Positions 1 to 12,676 of a stretch of 64,000 bases of DNA are shown here, piece by piece. The translations under genes were made by a program, and so were the position numbers. The stretch spans positions 13,020,001 to 13,084,000 of the forward strand of contig NC_043015.1 in assembly GCF_006345805.1 (NCBI RefSeq), read 5' to 3'. The notes under the pieces are model-generated. The model worked only from the letters and a program-made list of their open reading frames with translations. It was not told the DNA's origin and made no database searches. How positions within the stretch are numbered: position 1 is the stretch's first letter; the number at the start of each line of letters is the position of its first letter. The DNA is from Octopus sinensis. Lineage: Eukaryota.

Positions 1-13
1 ATATATATATAAT

Positions 14-352
14 CGTGGCCGATGCCAGCGCCGCCTCGACTGGCTTCCGCGTCAGTGGCACGTAAAAAGCACCATCCGAAGCCAGTGCCGCCTCGACTGG
101 CTTCCGTGCAGGTGGCATGTAAAATGCACCAATCCAACCGTGGCCGATGCCAGCCTCGCCTGGCACCAGTGCAGGTGGCACATAAAAAGCACCCACTACA
201 CTCACGGAGTGGTTGGCGTTAGGAAGGGCATCCAGCTGTAGAAACATTGTCAGATAAGACGGGAGCCTGGTGCAGCCTTCTGGCTTCCCAGATCCCCGGT
301 CGAACCGCCCAACCCATGCTAGCATGGAGAATGGACGTTAAACGACGATGAT
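14..352 (+). mobile_element. RTE-type 3' end / RTE-derived short element with tandem internal modules
   Basis: Three copies of gtggc(a/c)cgtaaaaagcacc-type modules, then ggagtggttggcgttaggaagggcatccagctgtagaaac...gacgttaaacgacgatgat. Same tail as the RTE at 56488-56950. Confidence 0.8.
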
Positions 353-1570
353 ACATATATAATTAATTAAAAAAGTGGAGGTAAAAAGGACAACAAGAAA
401 AAAACAATGCTAGGACATGGTTCATGCAAAGTATTAATAAGATGCTTGAAGAAAGAAAGAAAGAAAGGGTGTTTTACGTTTTGAGGAAAGCTCTTCTTCA
501 GAAACAGGAGAAAGGGGGAAAGTTCAAAAGAAGAGGAAGACAGAGGCAAAAAAATCGCCAACAGTCCACAGGTGGTTATATTTTGGAATGATTGGAAGTA
601 GATGGACAAAGAGAAAGTGCTTTCTGAGAGAGGAGAGTGTGAAGAAAGGATGGTAACTGTATGTATGTGTGGGTGTGTGCACATGCACATATGCATATAT
701 ATATATACACATATATATTTATATATGTATGTGTGCGTGTGTTTGTGTGTACCTTTGTCTAGACATTATGAGATGGTTGTAATGGGCATCATCATTATCA
801 TCATCATGAGAAACATCATCGTAAGAAACTGTTCTTTTCCTACGTCCAGTTATAGGAAAATATTACCTTGCTTGGAAACAGGTGAGGGATGGTGACAGGA
901 AGGGCATCCAGTTGTAGAAAATCTACCTTCACAAATTCTGTCTGACTCATGCAAGCATGGACAAGCGAATGTTAAACGACAATAATGATGATGATGATGA
1001 AGTGTTAGAAAACATATGTTTCAGTACAAGATGTTCAGAGCAAGAGTTTCAAACGTGAGTAGAAAGTAACAGAATAAGATGAATAAAACAATAGCATATC
1101 ACCTCATTCTTAAATGTTTTGGCAGATTCAAATGTGAATATCTGATTGCTGATATTTTTCAGCAATGGAGAACAGTCCCTCTCTTCGGATGATTCGTGTT
1201 CTTAACACATATATTTCACCAGTTCACTGGTGGAAGGGGACTTTGAGATATTGTGGTGTATTGACATTGTTATTTGTTTCTTCAGTTAAACTAATCCTTC
1301 CAGATTAATGAATCTGACAAGAGTGTGAACTCTTGTTTATAGGAATCAGTAAACAAATTATTTGTTGATGCCTGTCAAACAGATAATGATTCATAGGGTG
1401 CGCACAGAACGGTAAAAATCCAATCAATAATGTAATCTATTCTTAAAACATTCTGGCAGATCTGAATATTTGATTGCTGTTATTTTTCCTAAGCAGAGAA
1501 CGTCTCCTCTCTTTAGATGATGTATGTTTATAACATATGTGATTCACCAACAAGGGGTGAGGAATGAATA

Positions 1571-1726
1571 AAATTATTATATAACATGAATAAAATTAAA
1601 ACAAAAAAGTTCAAATATAATTTTTGTTAGAAAGCATCAAGTCAAATTATTATATAAAATGAATAAGATTTAAAACAAAAAAAAAAATTTGAATCTAATT
1701 TTTGTTAGAAAACATCAAGTCAAATT
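1571..1726. repeat. Two-copy tandem duplication of about 75 bp
   Basis: aaattattatataa...ttttgttagaaa(g/a)catcaagtcaaatt occurs twice in tandem. Confidence 0.8.
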
Positions 1727-1973
1727 TTAATAGAAAAAAAGCAGAAAATCACATAGCATAAGGTCTTTTTTTCTCTGTGTATACACATACGTTCCTTTCT
1801 CCTCCATGAAACTTAGTATCCTTATCAATATTTACTGATAACTAGTAATTTAAGTCACATTAGCATAGCTAAAACATAATCAATACTATAGTGACACAAA
1901 ACAGTTGCAAAGATGATTTTTTAATTACATAACATATAAACTATAACTGAAACTACATTCTTACAATACACAC

Positions 1974-2044
1974 CTTGATGTTGGCCTCCAACAGATATCA
2001 AGTTCCTCATTGGAGGAACTGAACAGCGCTGAGCAACAGCTCGG
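1974..2044 (-). CDS. PPT1: PPT1 coding exon 4
   Basis: cattttag|CCGAGCT...CATCAAG|gtgtgt. 71 bp encoding [23 protein letters not shown](G), versus human [24 protein letters not shown]. Phases chain 1-0-2-1 without a frameshift. Later exons were not found in 1-1970, so they are presumably left of the window. Confidence 0.97.
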
Positions 2045-3149
2045 CTAAAATGAAAACAATGTTAAGATTAATTTACAGCTAAAGCAAGCAATTAAAAAAA
2101 AGTTTATGTTCTTTTGGTTAGGTCGACTTTGCAGGAGTAAAAGCAACATAAAAACCACTGTAATGGATTGGTTGATTAGTGGGTAAAAATGAGTCAAATA
2201 AATTAGAATGAGAAAAGTAGAAAGACTATAAATATAATAGCATGAGTGCACAGTTGAATATGTGAACATGTCCTCTTTATATTAATCATTCACTCAATAG
2301 AAATTGAGTGTAATTTGATACCAAGTATCATAAAATACTGAAACAATCATTACTTTACTCCAAATTAAGCATTTCAAATGTGAAACTGTGACTATATAAG
2401 TTATGTTGGCTACAGTTTTGATATTGAGGTTTTAAGTATAAAGCTGAGAACATTCAAGCATAGAGTGACTGTGTGGTCAAGAAACTTGCTTCCAAACCAA
2501 ACCATGTGGTTTTGGGTTTGGTTCCACTGTGTGGTGCCTTGGGTAAGTGTCTTCAATCATAGCTCTAGGCCAACTAATGCCTTATGAGTGGATCTGGTAG
2601 ATGCAAATTGTGTGGAAGTCCATTACATGCATCACTAGAAAAGCACTCGGAGAGCGCAGGCCTCCACCAAGCAGCTCATTTCCACCCATATACACACATG
2701 CTGAAAATCGCCCAATTTCCCAAACTAACGCCAACAAAAACATAACCTCCTTGGCAGGGGTAAAAAAAAAACGACACAGCCATATGATTTTAAGAAAAAA
2801 AAAAACCCTTTAAAAATAGGAATCATTTGAAGCAGTTCACAACCACCAACATCATCAGTAGCATTGTCATTGCTTCCACTTCAACCACATACACCACCAT
2901 CAATGTTATCATGTTGATTACCTTGACAGTCACTTTCACCACCACAACCAGTATAACCACTGCAATACCACCATCACACAACTAACACTATCATCAACAC
3001 CACTATTACCACCATCACCTCAGCATCAAACATCACACCGCTCCTATCGTCATTATCACCACTGATACTATTTTATCCTCCTCCCATACTTATCTTGACC
3101 ATCACCATCATCAACACTGTTTCTAAACAGAAACACCACCATAGGTTAT

Positions 3150-3417
3150 GTGGAAACGATGTGTTTTCAAGGGAGATAATCAGAGAATGTAACATTGTAA
3201 TACTTCATGTAAAGTAAATATAACAAATGAAAAATTCTTCAAGAATCCATAAAAATTCTCGGATCACTAGCAAAATTGCATCATCTGTTCCTTGTGTCAT
3301 TACCAACTTTCCCGCAAGTTTCATCAAATACCATTTACAACTTTTTGAGTTATTTTGCACATAGATGGACAAACCAGCGCCAATGAAAACATAACCTCCT
3401 TCCTTGGCGGAGGTAAA
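3150..3417 (+). mobile_element. Candidate non-autonomous Helentron/HINE-like element end
   Basis: Ends in GAAAACATAACCTCCTTCCTTGGCGGAGGTAA with an ACCTCC/GGAGGT hairpin. A second copy of this terminus is at 2737-2763. Confidence 0.5.
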
Positions 3418-3433
3418 TATATATATTTCAAAA

Positions 3434-3634
3434 GGGTGATTCTAGGACAAATTAACCAATCCAAGAAAACTAGAGAATGATACAATCACTTCTTTGATTT
3501 TGCTTAAACTTGGCATAGAGGTAGATTTTGTGCAAAAAAGCATGATTCCTGAGTTTTTAGTTACATTTGTATAACAGCTCGTAAGTTATGAGTACGGTCA
3601 TCATACGGTCAAGTACATAGTCCTGGAATCACTC
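3434..3634. mobile_element. Candidate MITE, about 200 bp
   Basis: Termini GGGTGATTCTAGGAC (3434-3448) and GTCCTGGAATCACTC (3620-3634) are 13/15 inverted matches. There is no ORF and no clear TSD. Confidence 0.5.
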
Positions 3635-5340
3635 AATGACTGCTGCTTTTTAAAATTAGCAAGCAACATTCTACTTACTACTGTGCTCACCCCTCCAAGT
3701 CAAAATGCATTGAGGGCTTGAGGCTCCACCATTAGCCACAATGATATACTAAAACTTCATCATAGAGTCCTCTGTTTGAGCATATGCATGGGGATCTCTC
3801 TTGGCACAGGGCTGAATTTGAACAAATCTGTCTAACTGGCCTTGCTTGCACTTTACCCAAAACGAGTATCTCATATTTTTTCTTGCAACCTTCAATTAGT
3901 AGTCACAGTTGGACATCAACTGTAAGAGAGAGAGAAAAAAAGCTGTATTTGAAAACACTTAAACATGATAAGGATCCCATAAGCATAAAAGGAAACAAAT
4001 CATGGCTGTAACTGAGTCTCAGGTCAGTTTCCTCTGGTACAGGCATGGCTGTGCCAGACTTACTGTCTTGCCTGAAATTGCTGGCCTCGTGTCAAAATTT
4101 GAAACCGATATAAAATACTCTAAAATAAGCATAGGACAAGAGAGATTCATTGCTAAGAAACGAATTATTTTCAAGACAAATTTTTTCAAAGGGCTGTAAT
4201 CATGCTTGAGCACAATCTTCAAGAATCTCAGTCAATTATATTGATCTCTGGTTCTTTGTCTGGTACTTATTTCATTGATCTCTCAGAAAACAAAAGGCAA
4301 ATCATCACTGGTGTAAATGGTATATTAGTTAGCCTTTTCCCGACATCAGTATAGACACAATGCACATGATAAGCTTTTGCAGTTTCAGTCTATCAAATTT
4401 CCCCCACAAGGTGATGGTAAAAGGTACGCACCCATGGTGGAGTGACATTGAGCTTGGAACTGTGATTATGAGGCAAATTTCTCATCCATACAACCATGGT
4501 TGTATCTATGTTATAATAGAGTAAGATATGGTCCTGATCCATCAATGAGCAGTAATTTCAGAAAGAACTGACTCAGACTGTAATGACCCATTCAACCCAA
4601 GCTAGCAGGGATTTCCCCAAATTAACTTAGTATTTATTTAACAAAATCATATATATATAAAAGAATTTTTTGCATAAGAAGATAAAAAACCAAGGCTGTG
4701 TAGATATTAGAGCATTTATAGATAGAAGGTCTTACAGCTAGATAGAAGGTCTGACATAAAATCAATGTTGAACCCTTTATTCACAATATTAATGAATCTG
4801 GAACTTAACTATGGTCTGTCTATAGCACTTATTAAGCATTACCTGACATCTTAGGGTCTCAATGACACCATTATCTCTTATATATGTATATATTTATTTG
4901 TACATTTTTATGCCTGTTTTACAGCTGGATATCTTTCTGTTGCAAATTTTACCAGTTTTTTAAGTAAGGAACCTCTTTATTCCACAGGACTTTGAAGATA
5001 CAAAATGACTGGATAGTTTGTTGACAGGAAAAATTGACAACAATCCAATCTGCTGCACTGTACAAGCAATCACAGATGTAAATAAAAACAAACTCACATA
5101 CATGTGTGAGTGTGTGTGTTATACACACATATTCTCACGCATACATGTGTGCATATGTAAATGTGTGTGTGTGTGTGTATATATTTATAGTTATGTATAA
5201 GACAATCTTCTTTCAGTTTCTATTGACCAAATCTACTCACAAGACTTTGGTCAACCCTGGGCTATAGCAGAAGAGGTGCTCTAAGATGCTCCACAGTGGG
5301 ACTTAATCCCAAACCACATGACCCAAAGAATTTCTCAATC

Positions 5341-5391
<51 letters not shown>

Positions 5392-5469
5392 TGTGTATAA
5401 ACTTATAAGTGTTCAAATGAATTTAGACATGCATCAGAAAAATATGATAAAAAGGAAAAAATAGCTCAC

Positions 5470-5597
5470 AAGAATTGACCTCCTTGAGAGAAACCAATAG
5501 CATTGTATCCATTAACCAGCTTTTTGTCAGCACGTAGCTTTTCACATACTTCAGTAATTTGATGGTTGGAATTCATAAAAAAGCTATTTTCAACATC
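5470..5597 (-). CDS. PPT1: PPT1 coding exon 3 (catalytic GFSQG nucleophile elbow)
   Basis: tttacag|GATGTT...TTCTT|gtgag. 128 bp encoding [42 protein letters not shown](L), which contains the serine-hydrolase GxSxG motif. Confidence 0.97.
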
Positions 5598-5737
5598 CTG
5601 TAAATGAATCAATAAATAAAATTAACACAATACTTAAATGAGAACAGAAAAATATTTTTAAAAATCATCAAAATTTTCAGTTCCTGTTATTTAGATTTGT
5701 ACTAGCTAAAGACGTCACAGACTGTGATCTTTTATGT

Positions 5738-5837
5738 NNNNNNNNNNNNNNNNNNNNNNNNNNNNNNNNNNNNNNNNNNNNNNNNNNNNNNNNNNNNNNN
5801 NNNNNNNNNNNNNNNNNNNNNNNNNNNNNNNNNNNNN
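5738..5837. other. Assembly gap (100 N)
   Basis: A run of exactly 100 N in PPT1 intron 2, 140 bp from exon 3. The round number suggests a placeholder of unknown true size. Confidence 0.99.
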
Positions 5838-6959
5838 AATTTTTAGACTTGAAAAAAAAAATGTAATTAAGTGAAATATATTTTGTCTTTTATCTGTTAT
5901 TTATTTCAGTCATTAGACTGCATCTTGGAGGGTTTAGGTAAACACCTTGAAGGGTTTATTCGAACAAATTGAATCCATTAATTATTTTCCAAGTCTGGTA
6001 CTTATTCTAGCAGTCTCTTTTTGCTGAGCGACAAAGTAATGAGAATGTAAACAAACTAAGACAGGTTGTCAAGTGGTGATGGGGGACAAACATGAACATG
6101 TGCACATGCTCGCTTTCACACACACACACACACAATGAGCTTCCACACAGTTTCCATCTATCAAATTCACTCCCAAGGCATTGGTCAACCTGGAGCTATA
6201 GTAGAAAATACTTGCCCAAGGAGCTGTGCAGTGGGACTGAACTTAAAACCATGTGGTTGTAAAAGTGTACTTCTTAACCACACTTCAATGAATTCTATTA
6301 AAATTAAGTTATAGTTTTCACAAAATCCACTAAGAAAATAAGCCTCTGAAAAAGGAACTCTGTTCAATTAAATAAATAAATTACACTAAAGCATATCATG
6401 TTGAATAACTTCATTACTCCACAAACTGAACAAAGAAACCGATACAGTAGACAAAATATTTAATCTATACTGAGAAATCAGGAATTATTCTGATGGAACA
6501 TTGTAAATATAAAAGATTACAACACTCAATTAATCTAGGTTATGAAATTATAGTACAACGATGAAACATTGAACAAGAGTGATATATTATATTAACAAGA
6601 TGATGGAGTGAATCAGTATTAAAATCTGATAAACATATATGAAAGTCAGTTAAAACATCAAATATTTGTATTTTATTGATAACTATTCATAATGCTGTTT
6701 CCATAGATTTGGTGTGAAAATCTAGCTGAGAGTAAAGAAATTAATTTCTGATCAAAATTTGACAGTCTTTTGATAAATTGTGTGCAAGAGTTTTATGGTT
6801 TCAGTTCACTTAGTTGCTGAGAGTAGGTGCCAGATCAGTTAGTGATATAAACTGTGACAGTGGAATCCTTTCCAGGAGTTTTATCTCTAAAGCACTTCAC
6901 ATCATAACATTAAAGCCAAGCAATAGCACTTAAAACCTGTAGTTGTTGAAGAGAGTTTT

Positions 6960-7350
6960 ATTTGGCTATGTGGTAAGCAGCTTGCTTACCAACCACATGG
7001 TTCCGGGTTCAGTCCCACTGCGTGGCATCTTGGGCAAGTGTCTTCTACTATAGCCTCGGGCTGACTAAAGCCTTGTGAGTGGATTTGGTAGACGGAAACT
7101 GAAAGAAGCCCGTCGTATTTATGTATGTATGTATATGTGTGTATGTTTGTGTGTCTGTGTTTGTCCCCCTAGCATTGCTTGACAACCGATGCTGGTGTGT
7201 TTACATCGCCGTCACTTAGCGGTTCGGCAAAAGAAACCGATAGAATAAGTACTGAGCTTACAAAGAATAAGTCCTGGGGTCAATTTGCTCGACTAAAGGC
7301 GGTGCTCCAGCATAGCTACAGTCAAATAACTGAAACAAGTAAAAGAGTAA
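6960..7350 (+). mobile_element. tRNA-derived SINE, family A (internal microsatellite), full length
   Basis: A-box-like TGGCTATGTGGTAAG, B-box-like GGGTTCAGTCCC, internal (AT/GT)n, tail gactgaaacaagtaaaagagtaaaagag. Confidence 0.88.
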
Positions 7351-8869
7351 AAGAGTATACATTACATAAATAAATAATTAAATTAATTTACTGACATTAC
7401 TGGAAAGGAACAAATCAGATTTCCATGCTTCTTATTATTCTCAAGGATATTAGCAATGGAACTAGTTACATAGATAAATAAGTTAACTCATTTGTTATAG
7501 CTTTATCCAATGTCTGATACTAAAAGAGAAAATAATTGCTTAAGGCTGGAAGATTACCAATGCTGACTAAAATCACCATTATTCTCTATTATTGTTCCAA
7601 ATAGAAGACACTACAATCTAAATATTAAAAGGATTTATAACGAATGGACACTGGATAACCAAGCAATATAAAACAGAAAAAAATCCATCTGATAAACAAA
7701 TACCTAGAGTTTGGACTTAATTTAAAGCAATGAATCAACTAAGACTTAACCCTTTGAAACTGAAAGTATATTTTAGCGGGCATGACTTCAGTAGACTATA
7801 TGCCTAGAAAATGGAAAAGCAAGCAGCCACATGGTTTTGTGTTTATGGCTGGAAATAACAATATTTTTGCTAACTAATGAGGTGTAAACACAAACCCACG
7901 TGATCACCAACCTGTGCTTCTTCTTTGGGCAAATGAAATCAGGCCTGCTAAAGCTTAGTTGCAAGTTCAGAGAGTTAAACAAAGACAGGTTGATATCATT
8001 GTGATAAAAATAGCCACTAAGAACATGATAAATGCATCAAGGTTGAGATTAGTAGAGAAAAACCAGACCAAAGCTGATTTATGTGTAATTGAGAAATAAA
8101 ATTAGACAAAATTGCTTAAATAGTTAATAGTAAGTTGGCAATTTGGGAAATAACTATGTAGTATCAACAAACCTATCATCATAGCCACACAACTAAAATA
8201 AAATTAATTTGTTCTCTTAATTCTATGGTCATTGTGCAACTCTCCTTCCCAACCAAATAAGTAAAAATAGAATAAAACCAAATAGAAGTCACCAAAAGTT
8301 AGTTCTTCAGTTTTATATTTTCTTTAAATTTTGAATTCTTTGTCATGTTATATCTGTAACTCGTTCAGATAACAGATACTAGAGAAGTATCTTAGCTGTG
8401 TTTAACCATATAACCCCCATTTAATAGTATAAAAGGATATTGTCAGCTAGGATAAAAAATAAATAGAATGAATAAAAAGTAAATAAAAAAATAACAATAA
8501 CAAACAGACATAGTACCTTGGGCAAATGTCTTCTGCTATAGCCTCAGGCTGACCAAAGCCTTGTGAGTAGACTTGGTAGATGGAAACTGAAAGAAACTTG
8601 TCATATCATCATCATTTAATGTCTATTTTCCATGCTGGCATGGATTGGATGGTTTGACAAGAGCTGGCCAGTTGAAGAGCTGCCCAGGTTCATGTTTGTT
8701 TTGGCATGGTTCCTACAGCTGGATGCCCTTCCTAATGCCAACCACTTTACAGAGTGTACTGGGTGCTTTCACATAGTACTGGCATGGGTGCATTTATGTG
8801 GCACCAGTATGGGTGTTTCTTTTTAATATGGCACCAGCAACCATGAGCCTGTCTAATTAATTGAGCTAT

Positions 8870-9605
8870 GGCTCTTTCTGCAACTTTCACCACCTGGTCC
8901 AGCAATTTGATGCCTCTGTAATTATTTCTATCAAGGGCATCACCTTTGCTTTTGTAGCAGTGACTATAATGCTGCTACACCAGTTATTGGGTATGACTCC
9001 CATAGACAACCTGATTAACTATACAGGTGACCAGATCATATCCCACTCCACCAGATATTCAAAGCATCTCAGCAGTGATTTCCAATGGGCTGGAATCTTT
9101 CCCTGTCTCCATATCCTTAATTGTTTTATCTACTAAGCTACTGTTAATTCGAATAGCTGGCCCCTTTGTGGGTCACATTAGGCAGGTTCTCCTTCTTCCA
9201 TGCATTTGTAACAGGATGAGAGGTCCCCGCACTGGATGGGTGCAGCTCGCTTCCTTTACATTAAAATATTAATCGAAGGAAAGAGTCAAGACTTCAACAG
9301 TATAAATATTTATTTCTTGATTTAGAATATATACATTCTTCTTTCTGGGTGAATTGGCAGCCTAGGAGCTTATCGCAGTAGTCAAGTAGAGTGGAGATAC
9401 GCCACGAGGTAGCAGCTTGAGAGAGCTGATAAAACATGTCTGTCTTGTCCAGCTACTGACGTTCGAGAGAACGATACGAGGAAATTTCGCTGCTGCTAGT
9501 TTTCTGCGCATGCGCATGAGGGAACTTCTGGCAGGCCTCCCAGAAGAATCCAACTCTGTGCATGTGTGCTTTAGCAACCTTTCACAGTGGCACTTTGAGA
9601 ATCAC
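8870..9605 (-). mobile_element. RTE LINE fragment interrupted by an LTR-like insert
   Basis: 8870-9205 matches 58400-58690 (gactataatgctgctacaccagt...gggtatgactcc). The RTE sequence resumes at about 9570 (ttagcaacctttcacagtggc; the ttagcaac core recurs at 58696). Confidence 0.75.
9207..9562 (-). mobile_element. Candidate solo LTR
   Basis: A CpG-rich segment of about 355 bp ending TGTTACA on the minus strand, with AATAAA about 100 bp before that end. It splits an RTE fragment. No clean target-site duplication was found. Confidence 0.45.
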
Positions 9606-10424
9606 TAATTGCAAGTAAGCTATCATCCATGCGAACACATTTCTCTTCTGCTGCATCATGATTTCCTCTGATTTCCCACTGTCTTGCAATCCAAACACTT
9701 CAAGCCTCTGGTCTGTGTGGTCTTTCTGTCTGTATTTGTCCCTCCTCCACTGCTTGACAACACGTGTTAGTGTTTTTATGTCCCAGTAACTTAGCAGTCT
9801 GGCAAAAGAGACCAATAGAATAAGTACCAGACTTAAAAAATTAAGAAGTACTGGGGTTGATTCATTCGACTGAAAAATTTGTCAAGGCAGTGCCCCAGCA
9901 TGACCGCAGACTAAAACAAGTAAAAGGTAAACAAAAACAAGAAAACTTTTTGTTTGATTCATTTTCATTTCTTTATGTTCAGTTCATGCCTGGAACTGTT
10001 TTTGTTTCTTGTTGTTTAGCTAATGGACAGCTCTGGCCTTTGATCAAAGCATTCTGGACCTGGTAGTGTATATTTTTGCAATGTATAAGAATTATATTAT
10101 CCAATGCATTCTCCTTATTCAAGATGTTAAGGTGTTATTTGAGAGAAATATGGTTTCTAATCAGGTAACTTGAAAGTCAGTCAAATTTTCATCAGGAATC
10201 AAACTTTTCTCAGATATTTGTCATATTCTTTCCTTCTTTCTTTTATCTTCTATATTTTACTTGTTTCAGCCAAGCTGGGACACCACCTTGAAGTGTTTTT
10301 GTTGAACAAATTGACTCCAGTCCTTTTGGTTTTCTGAAGTCTGGTACATATTCTGTAGGTCACTTTTGCTGAACCACTAAGTTACAGGATGTAAGAAAAA
10401 AAATTCATTGGTCGTCAAGCAATG

Positions 10425-10426
<2 letters not shown>

Positions 10427-10495
<69 letters not shown>
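10427..10495. repeat. (CA)n microsatellite; representative of many
   Basis: Direct reading. Others include (GT)n about 5342-5383, (GT)(GA)n about 11949-12027, (ATG)n about 16636-16667, mixed AT/GT about 52920-53125, and decayed CAC/CAT tracts at 2840-3120 and 55620-55710. Confidence 0.95.
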
Positions 10496-10497
<2 letters not shown>

Positions 10498-11948
10498 GAG
10501 TTTTCATAAAGTTTCTACCTACGAAATTCACTCTCAGGCATTAGTTGGCCTGGGGCTACAGTAGAAGATATTTACACAAAGTGCAATACAGTGTGATTCT
10601 ATAAATAGTATTTTTGAATAAAATTTCGAAGAATTATCATTGATTTCACTGGAGGAGTATTTTTAATGATTCAAGACAAATAAATGTAGGGTAAAACTGA
10701 TTTGTTTTTACAGTGTCTGTTAGTATGTATAAGTCTCATTATTGAAAAATTAATTTTCTTAGTATTTTTCCACAAGATTCTTGATGTAAGACAATGTGTT
10801 GAAATAAATACCATTGTATTAGCAGGAGTTCATACATAGCCTTGATGCAGTCTCTCAATCTGCTAGAAATAGCAGCCAATCTCCCCCAAATCATAACTCA
10901 GTATTAAAAAGAAAAGAGACAGTAGACATACTAGTTCTAGACATATAAAAAGATGCAATGGTCATAGTTGGATTAGGGCTTGAATCACGGGTGTTACTGA
11001 CCAAGGGTTAAAAAATAACAGACATAAAAACAAATGGGAATTACAAGTCAGTATAAAATGTGATGTTTTGTTTTTCTTTTTTGTTATTCTTATTTTTAAT
11101 ATCATTAAAATTTATTAAGAAATATATTACTGAAAGTCATGTAAATATTTTGTAGTCTCATCAGACAAAATGGTGAATGTATTACCTCAAAGAATGGCAG
11201 AAGATGCATTCTAATTTGCATTCTCATTACACATAATGACTTCATTATATTATAATTTGTTTGAAGAGTTAGAGATGAAATCTACCAAAAGAAAGTCATA
11301 AAAAAATCACCCTAAAGAAGATCACATAAAACAGACCCATTGATGATTGGTTTTCTGAAAATATGTCAGATATTGAGTGAACAAGATGCAATTTTCTTTA
11401 ATTTAAGCAGAAAAACAAAAACAAAAAAATTAGTAATAGTGTAAACCTGATTTTAAATAATCATACCCTGACAAAGTATAACAAAAAACAAAAGAAAACA
11501 GTATATGATCCAAAAGGTAATAATCTCTACTTATATAAATAATATACATTTTCTTAAGCCTTTTCTTGGCTAAGTATAACTCAACATCCTACTGATTGAA
11601 ATTGGATCAAAAGAGCTGAATATAAACTGCAATTAGAGTTGGAGACGGATCAACATTTGCTAGAGCGATTGTGGGTGAGAAAGTGAAATAGAGAGAGGGA
11701 TGAAGAAAAAGAGAGGCAGACATGGACAAGAAGAGTGAGAGAAAGTGATAGATTGAAAGACAGAGAAGTAAAGAAAGAAACAGAAAGAGAGGGAGGGGAG
11801 AGGCATAGATAGTAGGGAACAAGGTGGAGAGAGCCCTCTCCACCACACACCATAGGTGTGGAGGGGAGCAAATTTCTGCTCGCTTATCATGCTCGTTAAG
11901 GTGGGATGCCAAAATTCTCCTGTTCCTATTTCTTATTGAAAACCCTTG

Positions 11949-12030
<82 letters not shown>

Positions 12031-12676
12031 TAAAATAGTAAGAAGCACAAAAAAACGGCCGATATATTTATTAGTAACTTAGTACAATTATATGGCATAA
12101 ATTAACTTATGTTGAGAAATTCGGTCACATAAGCAAAGACAGGACTTCTTGTCACTTTGTGCTACATTTCTAGCTAAAACACCATTTAAATTCTTCCTTT
12201 AAAAACCTAATTTGTTGTTTATATTACGAATTCTAGAATGTATAGTGACAGACAGGTGCTAACAACAATAAAAAATAAATTTATAGGAATTTATAAAGTG
12301 CAAAGAATAATATTTACAACAATCACATGTTGTATATCAAAAACAGAAATTATCTGACAACTACATATAAAGAAAAAAATTATTGGCAAAAGCTAAATGA
12401 AAAAATATGTTGAACGATATATTATATTAGAACTTTCAAGGGCTGCAAGTTGGCAGAATTGATAGCATGCTGGGCAAAATGTTTAGCATCATTTTGTCTG
12501 CCTTTATGTTCTGAGTTCAAATTCTGTTGAGGTTGACTTTGCCTTTCATCCTTTCGGGGTCGATAAAATAAGTACCAGTTAGTACTGGGGGTCGATGAAA
12601 TCAACTTTCCCTTGAACTTGCAAGCCTTGTGCCAAAATTTGAAACCATTATATTGAAATTTTCTCCTACATAGTCG

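Noticed and set aside
4681-4752. Possible hammerhead remnant (minus strand AGCTG-TA-AGACC) with a 14-bp direct repeat TAGATAGAAGGTCT
   Set aside because: The CUGANGA and GAAA core is absent; at most a truncated repeat fragment.
5738-5837. Possibility that the gap hides a PPT1 exon
   Set aside because: Exon 2 and exon 3 join in phase 0 and give continuous alignment to known PPT1 (…IIE|DVENSFF…).
11607-12098. 163-aa ORF
   Set aside because: Kept open by (CT)n/(CA)n microsatellites and purine-rich simple sequence.
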